Assembly: GCA_013374855.1 (NCBI GenBank)
Contig: CP055308.1
Location: 272,715 to 336,714 of the forward strand
Source: Candidatus Woesebacteria bacterium
GTDB lineage: Bacteria; Patescibacteriota; Microgenomatia; UBA8517
Direction of reading: 5' to 3'
DNA: 64,000 nucleotides
Positions 36,320 through 45,751 of this stretch are shown here, piece after piece. The position numbers were made by a program, and so were the translations under genes. The notes under the pieces are model-generated. The model was not told the origin of the DNA, ran no database searches, and worked only from the letters and a program-made list of their open reading frames with translations. Numbering within the stretch: the first letter of the stretch is position 1; each line of letters opens with the position of its first letter.

Positions 36320-39300
36320 AAAACGGAAAGAGTTAAAACAATTAGGAAAACTTGTCTCTTATGGCGATTTTGTATTACCTCCAGTTATACCTGGCCCTAA
36401 AGTAAAAGACCTGTGTAAGAAGATTGATAATTTTTATAAAGGTTATCCAAGGCAACATCGAAAACAAAAAGCATCTGATTTAATCCATGGGGCATTCTAT
36501 GCAGTTAGGCCAGAATGTAAATCTAATGATGACTGGATGAGCCAATCAGCAAATTCGCTACGAGACGTTCTTTATCCATTTTTTAGTGAGGAAGTTAGTA
36601 AAAATAATTTACTAAAATTGTTCAGAAAATATGCAACAGATAAACAATATCGTAAAAAAACTCAGAATTTAAAATTTATTACGACATTTAATGCTCTTTA
36701 TAAAATTTATAAACAGTTGACTGATTTGGCTCATCATGGAACCAAACTAAGTGGATTTACGGAGGAAGAATATAATAATTTTTCAAGAAACGATTTTATG
36801 AATCTTATAAATAGTTTTGTTTCTATTTTAAGAGAAGTTCTTACTTTGCAGCAAATCTATATTCATACTGTCATAGATCTAATTGTGCAAAGAAAGAGAA
36901 AAACAAAAGCCCTTAAAGAAGATTTAGAATTGCTCTCAAAAGTAAATCCTGATGCTTGCCAATACTTTTTTATCAAAGTTGACGAGCAATGGTTAGGCTG
37001 GCTGTGGAAGAATGATTTTCTGGATGTTATAAAGCAAAAAGCAGAAGATCCGACTCGTTATAGTTATCTTACTCCAGAGCTTAATTATCTTGTTCGAATG
37101 GCAGAAAAAGTTCCTGCAAAAGTTGTTAATATTATGCTTGAGGTAGAAATATCAAAAGAAAATTTTAACCCCGAAGTTGTTGATAGATTTATACAAATTT
37201 GTAGTATTCTGCCGGCTGAGCAGCTTAAAAAGATTGTTCCTAAAATTCGTGACGAGAAATGGGTTTCTTTAATGAAAGGGTTTAATCAATGGGGTTTTGA
37301 ATATGAAAAGATGTTTCAAAAATTAGCAGAGGCGAAAGATTATGAGAGTATTATCGCTTTGGCAGAAGCAATCCTTTCGGTGAAAACAAAAGAAGAGATA
37401 GAAGGATATCAAATTGTTTTTGGTGACGAGCTATTTTACTTTGATGATTTGTTTTATACAAAAGTATTTGAATATTTAGTTGCCGTAAATGATAAATATG
37501 CTGAAAAAGCATTCGGATTAGCAATAAAAGTGATGGGTAAATTAATTGGGTTATTAAATAAAGATTCTGAAGAAGAAAGAGTATTTAAATTTTATGACAG
37601 ATATATACTTTCAGATGCAGACTTCTTTAATTTAGGGATTGAACAAAGAAGTCGTTTCTCAAGAGAAGGAAATATTGAAGGGCTTGTTATAGCAATTATT
37701 GAACTTGCTAAGAGATTGATTGTTGGAAAATGTGCGCAAGAAAGAGAAGAAGTTCGTCGAATTTTTAATCAATATATTGGCGACTTTGATGATATTAATG
37801 CGCCCTTACCAGATAGTCAGGCAATGTGGCGATTGCGTCTATTTTTTTTGAGCTTGTGTCCTCAGGTTTTCAAGGAAGAATTGAAAAAATCATTTTTCCG
37901 GTTATTTGAGGTTGAAAGCTATTATGAGATTATTCAAGGTGTGGAGTATTTAGAGGCATTGCGCTCTGGTTTTTATGTTTTATCTGATCATAATAAGCGC
38001 GGTTATGTAAACCGGGTTATAGAATATTTTGTAAAAAAAGAGAAAGAAGAAGAAAAAAGTGGACATTTAGATTTTGGTTCAAAGATTCTTTCTATGATTG
38101 CAAATCATTTGACAGAAGAAGAAAAGAAAAAAGCAGAAAAAATAGGATTTGTGATTAACCAAGATATTAAACCAGAGCCTGAAGTAAAGATAGGTGGGGT
38201 TGGACATATTTTTTCTCAACCACCGTTGTCTTATGAAAGTTTCCAAAAAATAGAAGTTCCTATAATTGCTGAAAAACTGCGTTCAGAATGGTCGCCCAAA
38301 GAGATCGCTGAAAAATATAAAGAAAGGTCAGACTTTTTCAATCGCATAAACGCAGAAGGCGTTGGAGAATACCTTCAAAAAAATATATCAGAGAGACTGC
38401 AGGATTATGTTGATAATGCTTTTAGGTTTTTTGATAGGGAAAATTTGGACTCTCATTACACTTATTCTTATCTTCGTGGGATTCAGGAAACAATTAAAGA
38501 TAATCGTGAACTTGCTGCAAAAGTAGATTGGAGTGGTATTATTAATCTCTTTAAATTAATTAAAGAGTCTGGAGAAAAAAATCAATTTGAGGAAAGAAAA
38601 AGAGAAAGAGAATTTTCTAATTTTTGGTTAGCTAGTTGGAAAACAGTGCATTCTGCAATGGCGGATGTTTTAAAAGAACTGCTTTCTTCAAAAAATGACA
38701 CAGAGGTAATTAATTTTGAAAAATACCGCAATGACATTGTTTCTATTCTCAAATATCTCTTTTTATATCCTGATCCTCGTCTTGAAGATGAAAAATTAGA
38801 AACTACTGACTTAAAAACAAAATCTTCAAATGATAAAGATTATATGGTTAGCGATCCTTTTAGTATTGCTATTAATTCGGTGAGAGGAAGAGTTTTTGAA
38901 GCCTTTTTATTATTTGTTTATCAAGACAGTAAGAGGTTTAAAGAAAAAGATAAGGTAAAGATAGCCGACGATGTAAAGTCTCTTTATGAAAATGTTTTAG
39001 AAAAAGAAAACACTCGTGCCATTATGTTTTTATTTGGTTATCATCTCCCCTCTTTTTATTATCGTGATAAACTATGGATAAAAAGACTTCTGAAGGTGAT
39101 TCTCCCCGGAGAAAAGTCAAAAAAGCATCTTTATACTGCAGCTTGGGAAGGTTATTTGTCTCAAAATCTTTATAAAGAAATTTTTTTTGATTCTGATTTT
39201 CAAAAACTATATGGGCGTGGAGTTGACTTAACTGACGACGATTTTCCACCTTATCAGAAACATTTTAAAGATCCTGAAAATGCTATTGGTATTCATCTTG

Positions 39301-39917
39301 CTCTTGCTTTTATATATTTTCCGGAATTTGGTTTTGAACATAATTTATTTAAAAAATTTTGGAAAACAAAAAGACCCAAAAGCCATAAAGAATTTATATC
39401 CTTTATTGGTAATAGTTGTCTGTCAAACGAGGTGGCTGGAGATGAATGGTTTGAAAAAAATAAAATAGATAAAGGAAAGCTTATTGAATTATGGAATTGG
39501 GCATTAAAGAATGTTTCAGATCCAAAAATTTTATCTGGTTTTGGCTCTTGGATTAATCCTAATAGAGAAATTTTAGATGATAATTTTGTAGTTGAAAAAA
39601 TAGCTTTAACAATACAAAAAACTGGCGGATACATCGATTGGGATTATGGTCTTTTTATGAGGTTGCCTTTTTTTGCAGAAAAGAATAAAGGAAAAACGTT
39701 AGAAATTATTTCGAATTATTTTCTTAATTCAAAAGGTAAACTTAATCAAAACTTTCGAAAGTTTCAATTATATGAGGAAGAGATAAAAAGGGCTATGATA
39801 ATTATTTATAAAAACGGAGATGAAAAAATAAGAGAAAAAGTAAAAATCTTAATAGACACACTTATAAGAGAGGGAAGTAATATATTTTGGGGGTTAAAGG
39901 AAGTTATAGGAGATTAA
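36297..39917 (+). CDS. Large hypothetical protein; possible HEPN-like N-terminal domain plus long alpha-helical region
   Basis: About 1206-aa ORF overlapping the MTase stop; N-terminal SANSLRD...LAHH; no P-loop seen. Confidence 0.7.
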   Translation: MKKKRRNKKRKELKQLGKLVSYGDFVLPPVIPGPKVKDLCKKIDNFYKGYPRQHRKQKASDLIHGAFYAVRPECKSNDDWMSQSANSLRDVLYPFFSEEVSKNNLLKLFRKYATDKQYRKKTQNLKFITTFNALYKIYKQLTDLAHHGTKLSGFTEEEYNNFSRNDFMNLINSFVSILREVLTLQQIYIHTVIDLIVQRKRKTKALKEDLELLSKVNPDACQYFFIKVDEQWLGWLWKNDFLDVIKQKAEDPTRYSYLTPELNYLVRMAEKVPAKVVNIMLEVEISKENFNPEVVDRFIQICSILPAEQLKKIVPKIRDEKWVSLMKGFNQWGFEYEKMFQKLAEAKDYESIIALAEAILSVKTKEEIEGYQIVFGDELFYFDDLFYTKVFEYLVAVNDKYAEKAFGLAIKVMGKLIGLLNKDSEEERVFKFYDRYILSDADFFNLGIEQRSRFSREGNIEGLVIAIIELAKRLIVGKCAQEREEVRRIFNQYIGDFDDINAPLPDSQAMWRLRLFFLSLCPQVFKEELKKSFFRLFEVESYYEIIQGVEYLEALRSGFYVLSDHNKRGYVNRVIEYFVKKEKEEEKSGHLDFGSKILSMIANHLTEEEKKKAEKIGFVINQDIKPEPEVKIGGVGHIFSQPPLSYESFQKIEVPIIAEKLRSEWSPKEIAEKYKERSDFFNRINAEGVGEYLQKNISERLQDYVDNAFRFFDRENLDSHYTYSYLRGIQETIKDNRELAAKVDWSGIINLFKLIKESGEKNQFEERKREREFSNFWLASWKTVHSAMADVLKELLSSKNDTEVINFEKYRNDIVSILKYLFLYPDPRLEDEKLETTDLKTKSSNDKDYMVSDPFSIAINSVRGRVFEAFLLFVYQDSKRFKEKDKVKIADDVKSLYENVLEKENTRAIMFLFGYHLPSFYYRDKLWIKRLLKVILPGEKSKKHLYTAAWEGYLSQNLYKEIFFDSDFQKLYGRGVDLTDDDFPPYQKHFKDPENAIGIHLALAFIYFPEFGFEHNLFKKFWKTKRPKSHKEFISFIGNSCLSNEVAGDEWFEKNKIDKGKLIELWNWALKNVSDPKILSGFGSWINPNREILDDNFVVEKIALTIQKTGGYIDWDYGLFMRLPFFAEKNKGKTLEIISNYFLNSKGKLNQNFRKFQLYEEEIKRAMIIIYKNGDEKIREKVKILIDTLIREGSNIFWGLKEVIGD

Positions 39918-40056
39918 ACTGAAATTAAATCTTGCCAAACATTAAGCTGCAGATCTTAGCTTTTTCTTTGAGTAAACAAAGTTTTTTGTTGGGATTATTC
40001 AGTTTTTAGGCTCTTTTAAAAAGAAGGGTATGACAATATAATTTGATTAAATTTTA

Positions 40057-41325
40057 ATGGATATCTTTGATAAACTTGCCAAAAATATAAAATTTAGAGT
40101 CAAAAACACGATTTTGCGCCTGAAGGCGTACTTCAAGCGGCTTATCTTTCCTCTGTATCTTTTTCCAATTAAAATTATTACCTATTCTGCCTATTACCTT
40201 ATCAAGTTTGAAGCTAAATTTATTTTTGCTTTTTTGCGTCTTTTTTTTGAGATAATTGTTTTCCCCTTCAAAAGTTTGAAAAATTTTTTGAAGTCTGTTG
40301 CTGTTGTGGTTGTGTTTGTCTATATTGTTGCCTCTCTTTTTGTTATTATTGATTATCTTTCTAATTATTATGGTGATTTAAGAAAATATTTTTGTGTTAT
40401 TGAGAGAAGCAAGCTCCAAAATTCGGTTGTTAGAGTTGTCGGCGGACATTCTGAAGGTTCTGGGTTTTTTATAGCAGAGGATCAGGTCTTGACGAATTTC
40501 CATGTAATTTCCTACGAGGTAAGTCCAAAAGTTATTTTGCCAAGTGGAGAGTTTGTGTTACCAACCAAAATAGTTGGAGACAAAAATGCCGATTTGGCGG
40601 TTATTTTTACTGAGAAAAAATTTCCGGAGATGGTTTTTAAACTACCCGACAATGTTCAGATTATTCCTGAAGAAACACTCCTTTCAATTGGATATCCTTT
40701 GGGAACAGGTCTGAGTGGTAGAGCAACAATACTTAAGGGCAAGTTCATTGACTTCAGAAAACAGCGAAGTCTGCCGGTAAGGTATTTACAGACAGATATA
40801 AATTTAGTTAAGGGAATGAGTGGAGGACCTGTTACTGATTTGTGTGGACAGGTTGTAGGAATAAACACTCTTGGCTTGGCCGGTCTTTCTTTATTTATTG
40901 TAGCTTCTGATGCGAAATCTATTATTCCGAATATGACTGATCGAGATACTGCAAAGATAGAAGTTGACCCTTCTGTTTCTCCTGAGGAGGCTGTTAGAGC
41001 CTTCTATACCTATCTTAAGGCACGAAGAATGGAAGATGGTTTTAATCTTTTGAGCAAAGAATATCTAAATAAAACCAATTTTGAAGAATGGACAAGTAGA
41101 TTTAAAGATGTTTTAGATGTTGATGTGGTTAAAGTAGAAAAATACGAGGATTCGAAGGATACAGTATTTGTGAAGTTCACAACCAAGAATTGGATTGACG
41201 GAGAGGTGGAAATGCGTTTTTATGAAGGCACTTGGCAGACAGTAAAGGAGGATGGTGTTTACAAGATGAACAAAAGCAAGATTAAAGAGATTCCAAGCCC
41301 CGATTGGTTGTGGTTTTATTTTTGA
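40057..41325 (+). CDS. Membrane-anchored trypsin-like serine protease
   Basis: GSGF, TNFHV (His), DLA (Asp), GMSGGP (Ser). Confidence 0.88.
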   Translation: MDIFDKLAKNIKFRVKNTILRLKAYFKRLIFPLYLFPIKIITYSAYYLIKFEAKFIFAFLRLFFEIIVFPFKSLKNFLKSVAVVVVFVYIVASLFVIIDYLSNYYGDLRKYFCVIERSKLQNSVVRVVGGHSEGSGFFIAEDQVLTNFHVISYEVSPKVILPSGEFVLPTKIVGDKNADLAVIFTEKKFPEMVFKLPDNVQIIPEETLLSIGYPLGTGLSGRATILKGKFIDFRKQRSLPVRYLQTDINLVKGMSGGPVTDLCGQVVGINTLGLAGLSLFIVASDAKSIIPNMTDRDTAKIEVDPSVSPEEAVRAFYTYLKARRMEDGFNLLSKEYLNKTNFEEWTSRFKDVLDVDVVKVEKYEDSKDTVFVKFTTKNWIDGEVEMRFYEGTWQTVKEDGVYKMNKSKIKEIPSPDWLWFYF

Positions 41326-41359
41326 GTTGGAGCTTCTTGATGGAGTATAATTTAAAATT

Positions 41360-41815
41360 ATGAAAGTTGAAGAAGCTGTTGCTTTGATTTATGAGTGTGC
41401 AAAAGAGGTTTATGCAGAGCTTGGCACGGGTTGGAACGAGTCAATATATCAATCTGCAATGGAGGTTGCTCTTCGCCATAGAGGTTTAATGTATGAGACA
41501 CAAAGAATTTTGCCAATTACTTTTAAGGGTCATGTAATTGGGGAGTCAATTCCAGATCTTGTTGTGTGGGTGGAGGAAAAGGGGGTAAAGACTGCAATTG
41601 TTATTGATTTAAAGGCAGATACTGGAATAAAAGAGGATCATGATGTTCAGGTAAAAAGATATATTCAAGAGCTCAAGAAACAGGTTCATAAAGACGAAAG
41701 TGTTTATTCGAAGGGGTACTTAATCAATTTTGTTAAAGAGTCAACCTCTAAAAGACTTGCGGAAGGAACGTATGAAGATTTTAACGGAGTGCAGATTTTG
41801 GAAGTTTTTTCTTAA
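41360..41815 (+). CDS. GxxExxY protein (PD-(D/E)XK-like fold)
   Basis: LGTGWNESIY, PDLVV...IDLKA, Q..Y, GYLINF. Confidence 0.85.
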   Translation: MKVEEAVALIYECAKEVYAELGTGWNESIYQSAMEVALRHRGLMYETQRILPITFKGHVIGESIPDLVVWVEEKGVKTAIVIDLKADTGIKEDHDVQVKRYIQELKKQVHKDESVYSKGYLINFVKESTSKRLAEGTYEDFNGVQILEVFS

Positions 41816-41872
41816 GAAGCCAGAAAAACAGCCTCCATCCAACTTGTTCAAACCTTGATTTTTTCTTTATTT

Positions 41873-42307
41873 TTATTCTCGCTTAAAAACCCAAAAACAG
41901 GCAGCATCTTCGCCGTAGCGAGTGACAGAAACTGCAATTTTTTCAGACCCCTTTTCGTAATTGTAACCACCACCAAAGGATTTAATATCTTTGCAGTCAG
42001 GATAATCCTGATGAACCAGCTTCCACCCGTTTTCTTTTAGGAATTGGCAATAATTTTTGACAAAGTCGGCGCTTTTTTCCTCAACATAAAAGGCGTCTTT
42101 CCCGCATTTATCTGCATCTACTTTGGCTTTGGGATAGGTGGGAATATTTGGCTTTCCTTCTTTGATATCTAAATCACCAGATAGCTGTTTTTCTATCTTA
42201 ACTGGATTTGTGGCTGCCTTTTTTGAGGGAGAAACCTTGTTTTTAATCAAAATTCCTCCTACTAAAGCTGCTGTTACTGCTGCAACAACAACGAGGTTTT
42301 TCTTCAT
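41873..42307 (-). CDS. Hypothetical exported protein
   Basis: N-terminal signal/TM; SD AAAGGGGGTGA 42312-42322; four Cys. Confidence 0.7.
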   Translation of the reverse strand: MKKNLVVVAAVTAALVGGILIKNKVSPSKKAATNPVKIEKQLSGDLDIKEGKPNIPTYPKAKVDADKCGKDAFYVEEKSADFVKNYCQFLKENGWKLVHQDYPDCKDIKSFGGGYNYEKGSEKIAVSVTRYGEDAACFWVFKRE

Positions 42308-42378
42308 TAAATCACCCCCTTTTTCTAGATTTTAATTTCTTGGCAAACGGTTTTCAAGAAAATGAACAGAAAATAGTT

Positions 42379-42813
42379 TTATTCCAACTCGCCAATCTCA
42401 TATTGGGGAAGAAGACTTTGGGCGCGAGGTGGATGAGGACCTTTTCCGCCCGGTCTGTTTAAGAAAAGAGTGGTTGCGTCTTTGCCACAACCCTCAATTA
42501 TTGTCTCACCTCCCGGGTGGCTGTTAATGAAAGATGTTACATCATATACTTTTCCCTTAATTGCCAGCCAGCAATTATCTTTTGTTGAATGTTTTGATAG
42601 TTCCTCACTACTTATAGTGCTTGAGATTGGTTTTTTTGAGTTTTGGCTTGTAGATTCAGTTTTTGGTTTTTTTATGAAAGTAAGATAAGCTGTTACGAAA
42701 ATTGCAGGTAGGAGGATTGTGGGGATAATAAAAAACAACTTGAATGATTTTTTGGAATTTTTTTCTTGCTGGTGTTGTAGACTGACTGATTCTTGGTTTT
42801 CTGTTTCTTCCAT
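42379..42813 (-). CDS. Membrane-anchored cytochrome b5-like heme/steroid-binding protein
   Basis: H....NCW..I.GKVYDVT.F...HPGG...GKDAT..F...PH. Confidence 0.88.
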   Translation of the reverse strand: MEETENQESVSLQHQQEKNSKKSFKLFFIIPTILLPAIFVTAYLTFIKKPKTESTSQNSKKPISSTISSEELSKHSTKDNCWLAIKGKVYDVTSFINSHPGGETIIEGCGKDATTLFLNRPGGKGPHPPRAQSLLPQYEIGELE

Positions 42814-42908
42814 AATGGAGTTAAAAATACTAAAAATTTTATTTTTTGTCAAAATTGTGCTTGTTTTGTTTGAGTTTTTTATTATCCTGTTTTGCTAAAA
42901 TCTATTAG

Positions 42909-44276
42909 ATGTTGGATGGATTTGAAAGGATTTTTTTCTTGGGAATTAAGGGTGTGGCGATGGCAAACCTAGCTGTTTTCCTTAAGCAAATGGGAAAGGC
43001 TGTTTGCGGAGTTGATTATTCTGAAGAATTTATCACAGATAAACTTCTCATTGAAAACAACATTTCTTGGCAAAATGATTTTTCTATCTTGCCTCGGGGA
43101 GTTGATTTGTTTGTATTTTCAGCAGCTCATGGTGGAATAAACAGCCTCTTGGCTAAATTGGCAAAAGGAAGAAATATTAGAATAATTTCCCAAGCAGAGC
43201 TGATTGGGGAATTAATGAAAGGTTTCCAGACGAAAATTGCAGTGGCGGGTTGTCATGGAAAGACAACAACATCTTCTTTACTTGCATTTTCTTTGAATTG
43301 TTTGGGTAAAAAACCTTCTTATTTGGTGGGGGTACCTTACTTTATGGAATATCCTGGTGCTTTTTATCAGGGAAATGATTATTTTGTTGTAGAGGCGGAT
43401 GAATATGGAATTAATCCTCCATTGGATAAGACTCCAAAGTTTTTTAAGTTGAACCCTGATTGGATAATTGGATTGAATATAGACCATGATCATCCGGATG
43501 TATATAGAGACATTAGTGATACAAAGAAAGCTTTTTTAAAGTTTTTTGAGAAGAGGAAACTGATTTTAAATTTAGATGATGAAAACACTTTTGATGTTCT
43601 GGATAAGATAAACTCGAAAAAGATTGTTACTTATGGTTTTAGTGGGAATGCGAATTATAGGATAGTTGATTTTGGAGTGGTTGATAACAAAACTTTTTTT
43701 GAATTAGATGGGATTGGTGTTTTTAAGATTTCTCTCTTTGGAAAACATAATGTTTTGAATGCAACATCAGTTGTTGTCATGCTGATTGAGCTTGGTTTTG
43801 AAGTGGAAGATATTATAAAAGCAATTATTAATTTTAAAGGGGCGAAAAGAAGGCTTGAGCTTTTATATAAAAAGAATGGAAATTATATTTTTGATGATTA
43901 TGCGCACCATCCGAAAGAAATAGAATCGACGATTAGGGCAGTTTTGAGCAGATTTCCTAATAAGAAAATTGTTGTTGTTTTTCAGCCCCATACCTTTTCC
44001 AGAACTTTTTATTTAAAGAAGGATTTTGTTGAATCTTTGTCTCTTTCTGATTTTAGTTTTGTTTTACCTATTTTTGGGTCTGCCAGAGAGAAGGAGGATA
44101 AATACCAGATTAGTCACAAAGACATAGCTGATGGAAAAAAGATTTTTTCTGTAGATTCAAATGACGAATTGCTTGTCTTTTTGAAGAGGGTCTTAAATAG
44201 GAACTTTGTTTTATTAATAATGGGAGCAGGTGATGTTTATAAGTTGAAGGATAGTATTATCGGTATTATAGACTGA
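42909..44276 (+). CDS. murC: UDP-N-acetylmuramate--L-alanine ligase
   Basis: GIKGVAM, GCHGKTTTS, EADE, DDYAHHP, FQPH, MGAGD. Confidence 0.93.
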   Translation: MLDGFERIFFLGIKGVAMANLAVFLKQMGKAVCGVDYSEEFITDKLLIENNISWQNDFSILPRGVDLFVFSAAHGGINSLLAKLAKGRNIRIISQAELIGELMKGFQTKIAVAGCHGKTTTSSLLAFSLNCLGKKPSYLVGVPYFMEYPGAFYQGNDYFVVEADEYGINPPLDKTPKFFKLNPDWIIGLNIDHDHPDVYRDISDTKKAFLKFFEKRKLILNLDDENTFDVLDKINSKKIVTYGFSGNANYRIVDFGVVDNKTFFELDGIGVFKISLFGKHNVLNATSVVVMLIELGFEVEDIIKAIINFKGAKRRLELLYKKNGNYIFDDYAHHPKEIESTIRAVLSRFPNKKIVVVFQPHTFSRTFYLKKDFVESLSLSDFSFVLPIFGSAREKEDKYQISHKDIADGKKIFSVDSNDELLVFLKRVLNRNFVLLIMGAGDVYKLKDSIIGIID

Positions 44277-44289
44277 ACAATTTTTCTTG

Positions 44290-44361
44290 AGGCACGAGAG
44301 GGAATCGAACCCTCGCATAGCTGTTTTGCAGACAGCCGTGTTTCCACTTCACCATCGTGCC
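44290..44361 (-). tRNA. tRNA-Cys (GCA), CCA not encoded
   Basis: GGCACGA/TCGTGCC acceptor stem, anticodon arm GCTGT-CTGCAAA-ACAGC, T-arm GAGGGTTCGATTCCCTC, U discriminator. Confidence 0.96.
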
Positions 44362-44396
44362 GCACTTTTATTTTACCTTTTTTGAATTCATAACGC

Positions 44397-44421
44397 AAAA
44401 GCCCGCCTTATTGGCGGGCTT
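44397..44421 (-). terminator. Rho-independent terminator downstream of hsp20
   Basis: AAGCCCGCC-5nt-GGCGGGCTT hairpin followed by T-run on the minus strand. Confidence 0.75.
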
Positions 44422-44440
44422 ATTAATTTTTTATTTTTGT

Positions 44441-44839
44441 TTAACCCTCTTTTGCTTTGACAGTGATTTTCCTTGGTCTTGCAGCTTCGGTCTTTGGAAT
44501 AGTGATTGTGACTATTCCGTTTTTGACTTCAGCTTTGGTTTTTTGCCACTCGCCACCTGATAGGGCAGTGGTGTAGTAGTATCGGAAACTTGAAGACTGG
44601 TATTCGTCTTTTTTCTTTTCTTCCTTTTTGGTTTCAGCTTTTATGGTAAGAACACCGTCTTCGATTTCCACTTCCACGTCTTTTGCAGGAACACCTGCAA
44701 CCACAGCTTCTACGATAATGTCCTTGTCGGTGTCTCTTACCTTAAGACCTTTTGGTTGATATAAATTTTCCCAGTCTTCATCCCACGTTGGGAAACTAAA
44801 GAGGTTTCTGAAAGGATCTCTTATTGTCAGGTTTACCAT
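44441..44839 (-). CDS. Hsp20/alpha-crystallin small heat shock protein
   Basis: AGV..KDVEVEIEDGVLTIKAE, AEVKNGIVTITIPK; SD AAAGGGGGTGA 44847-44857. Confidence 0.93.
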   Translation of the reverse strand: MVNLTIRDPFRNLFSFPTWDEDWENLYQPKGLKVRDTDKDIIVEAVVAGVPAKDVEVEIEDGVLTIKAETKKEEKKKDEYQSSSFRYYYTTALSGGEWQKTKAEVKNGIVTITIPKTEAARPRKITVKAKEG

Positions 44840-44857
44840 TTTTCTCTCACCCCCTTT

Positions 44858-44917
44858 CTAGCACTCTAATAAATTGAGTGCTAATATTATAATATTAATT
44901 GGGTTATTAGTTGTCAA
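44858..44917 (-). promoter_or_regulatory. hsp20 promoter with CIRCE operator
   Basis: TTGACA(44917-44912)-17-TATTAT(44894-44889); TTAGCACTC-N9-GAGTGCTAG at 44884-44858. Confidence 0.9.
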
Positions 44918-44962
44918 GAGCTATTTTAAGCTGATAAACTTGAGTGGTTTGAACATTTTTCT

Positions 44963-45751
44963 ATGAAGAATATTAGGAGGTTTTTATTTGCTTTTTTTTT
45001 GGTCTTGCTTTTGTTTTTTTTGTCTTTACTTGTTTTTAACTTTTTCTGGCCAAAAAAGGCGGGAATTTTTGTCTCCAGCGAGCCCAAGTCAGTTGTTTTT
45101 ATAGATGGAGAAAAAGTAGGTGAAACTCCAGTCGAAAAGCTTTTAAATCCGGGTGAGGTAATAATTAAGCTTTTGCCGGATAATTCTGAAGAAGGGTTTG
45201 AGACGAGGATAAATCTTGTATCTGGAGTTAAAACGATAGTCCAGAGACATTTTAATAATCAAAACACAGACAGTGCGGGTATTGTGATAACCTTTGAGAA
45301 GGGGAATCCTAAAAAAACTCTAGCTTCGATAATATCGGTTCCCGAAAATGCTCAAGTGTTAATTGATGGTCAATTGAGAGGTAATACACCATTGTTTCTT
45401 GATGATATTTCTCCTGGAAAACATGAAGTAACTGTTATGGCTACAGACTATATTTCCAAAACCATTTCTGCACGTTTTTACAGGGGTTATAAATTCATAG
45501 CTTTTTTTGAGCTTGCTCCTAGAACAAGTTTGGGTGTTCCTAAAGAGAAAGATGAATCATATGTCGTTCTAAAAGAAAAAGCTAAAGGTTTCGAGAGTCC
45601 GTCTAAAACTTCTAGAGTGGTTAAATCTTTGGATAAAGGGGGTAGTTATTTATTTTTGGAGAAAAGTGAGGACGGTAAGTGGTACAAAATAAAAGTTGGG
45701 GAGGATTCGGTGTGGGTAGAGTCTGCTTTGGTTGAGACCAAATCTCCTTAA
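44963..45751 (+). CDS. PEGA-domain protein with C-terminal SH3-like domain
   Basis: Two S.P..A.V.IDG...G.TP repeats; WYKI...WV tail; N-terminal TM. Confidence 0.8.
   Translation: MKNIRRFLFAFFLVLLLFFLSLLVFNFFWPKKAGIFVSSEPKSVVFIDGEKVGETPVEKLLNPGEVIIKLLPDNSEEGFETRINLVSGVKTIVQRHFNNQNTDSAGIVITFEKGNPKKTLASIISVPENAQVLIDGQLRGNTPLFLDDISPGKHEVTVMATDYISKTISARFYRGYKFIAFFELAPRTSLGVPKEKDESYVVLKEKAKGFESPSKTSRVVKSLDKGGSYLFLEKSEDGKWYKIKVGEDSVWVESALVETKSP

Noticed and set aside
23400-42900. Prophage, IS element, DGR or retron as explanation of the variable regions
   Set aside because: No phage structural, transposase, integrase or reverse transcriptase motifs recognised
44290-44361. tRNA-Cys as integration site for the 28.5-42.8 kb island
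   Set aside because: murC lies between them, I saw no duplicated tRNA 3' end, and there is no integrase
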